Shown here piece after piece: positions 45,022 through 46,000 of a DNA stretch of 46,000 nucleotides. Numbering within the stretch: position 1 is the first letter of the stretch; the number at the start of each line of letters is the position of its first letter. The stretch spans positions 1 to 46,000 of the forward strand of contig JAKLZA010000032.1 of NCBI GenBank assembly GCA_030704615.1, given 5' to 3'. Below the pieces are notes generated by a model that was given only the letters and a program-made list of their open reading frames with translations, did not search any database and had not been told where the DNA came from. The stretch is from Takakia lepidozioides (taxonomy: Eukaryota; Plantae; Bryophyta). Made by a program: the position numbers and the translations under genes.

Positions 45022-46000
45022 GTGTATGGGGCCCCTCCACAATGCGATACAGGGGGCGTAGGGGGCGCGCAGACGAGCGATGGGCCAATTTCCGCCCCGC
45101 AAAGCGACGATGTACATGACGAGGACATCATTCCAAGTCAATCTGCCGTTGTATCTTTGTCGCAGGTTGGTGAATTGTACTCAACCCAGCTGCACTTAGG
45201 GGTGAACCTAGCAGACTTGACGCGGGATTTGCCCATGATTTCTGATACTGATACTGAGATGATACATCAAGGTGGAACACCCAAGTGCGAACCTCTTTGT
45301 CCGCAGCCCCAGTCATTTCTTTTGAAGGTCTTAATCGAAGAATCGGGGACCGGCTTGACCCAGAGTCTGTGTATGACTTTGAATCTGGAGATGCTGGGGT
45401 TGAACCCTCGATGCAGCAATGTAAGTATTTGTCAGGATCATGTGGTCAACCTCTCTCAGAATGACCCAGCCTTCGTGGGTCCCATTGATGCGCAGGGTGA
45501 CTCTGCAAGGGGAGGATGCCCTGAAACCGAGGGTTACACTGCACCTGAGGGTGACACTGTGCAGAGAGGAGCAACAGGGAAGGAGGGTACACTGCACCTC
45601 AGGGTGACACTGTGCAGAGAGGAGCAACAGGGAAGGAGGGTTACACTGCACCTCAGGGTGACACTGTGCAGAGAGGAGCAACAGGGAAGGAGGGTTACAC
45701 TGCACCTCAGGGTGACACTGTGTAGAGAGGAGCAACAGGGAAGGAGGGTTACACTTCACCTCAAGGTGACACTACGGATACCGGTGTGGCTGACAATGTC
45801 GTGAGGGACATTGTCGTGGGTGACACACCATTGCCCGTGAACACTGCAACTTCCGTTGAGAGTGACATTGACATGGGTTACACTGATAGGGGTGACACCC
45901 CACAGCCAACCCACATGGTAGATGTCAGTGAGTGTAACACTGTCATGGATGACATTCCACTACCACTAGTCGTGGAAGGTGACACTCCTTTGCCACGGCC
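45022..46000 (+). other. Possible low-complexity coding region of unknown function, running off the window
   Basis: 260-aa ORF. The 18-aa repeat EGYTAPQGDTVQRGATGK shifts frame near 45589. No recognisable domain. Confidence 0.3.
45531..45775. repeat. 54-bp tandem repeat x ~4.5
   Basis: GGGTTACACTGCACCTCAGGGTGACACTGTGCAGAGAGGAGCAACAGGGAAGGA starts at about 45531, 45585, 45638, 45692 and 45746. Confidence 0.9.

Overview
Eukaryotic DNA with GT-AG introns, probably from a non-flowering land plant (inferred from the Gypsy lineage only), and made almost entirely of transposons. The dominant feature is two near-identical inverted copies of a 15-16 kb element (535-15592 and 28899-44897). Each copy carries three parts. 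(i) A two-exon Mutator-like (MULE) DDE transposase with an N-terminal GCM-type zinc module and a C-terminal SWIM finger. (ii) A divergently oriented gene of about nine exons that splices into a ParB-N-domain protein fused to a bacterial/phage-type beta-class amino (N6A/N4C) DNA methyltransferase fold. (iii) A 5-6 kb tandem array of 116-bp units, each holding an 18-bp-arm palindrome, which appears to lie inside intron 1 of the ParB-MTase gene. The element ends are short imperfect CAG...CTG/CTA termini with clustered CGTGAGC motifs and no detectable target-site duplication. The 13.3 kb between the copies holds a truncated second SWIM-type transposase, small repeats, and a 5'-truncated Ty3/Gypsy element (pol, a large extra 3' ORF, PPT and an 822-bp 3' LTR). 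The transposase + ParB-MTase + palindrome array unit is the best candidate for an undescribed system. All domain calls come from motif recognition by eye; no searches were run. Many 1-bp indels between the copies may be sequencing errors.
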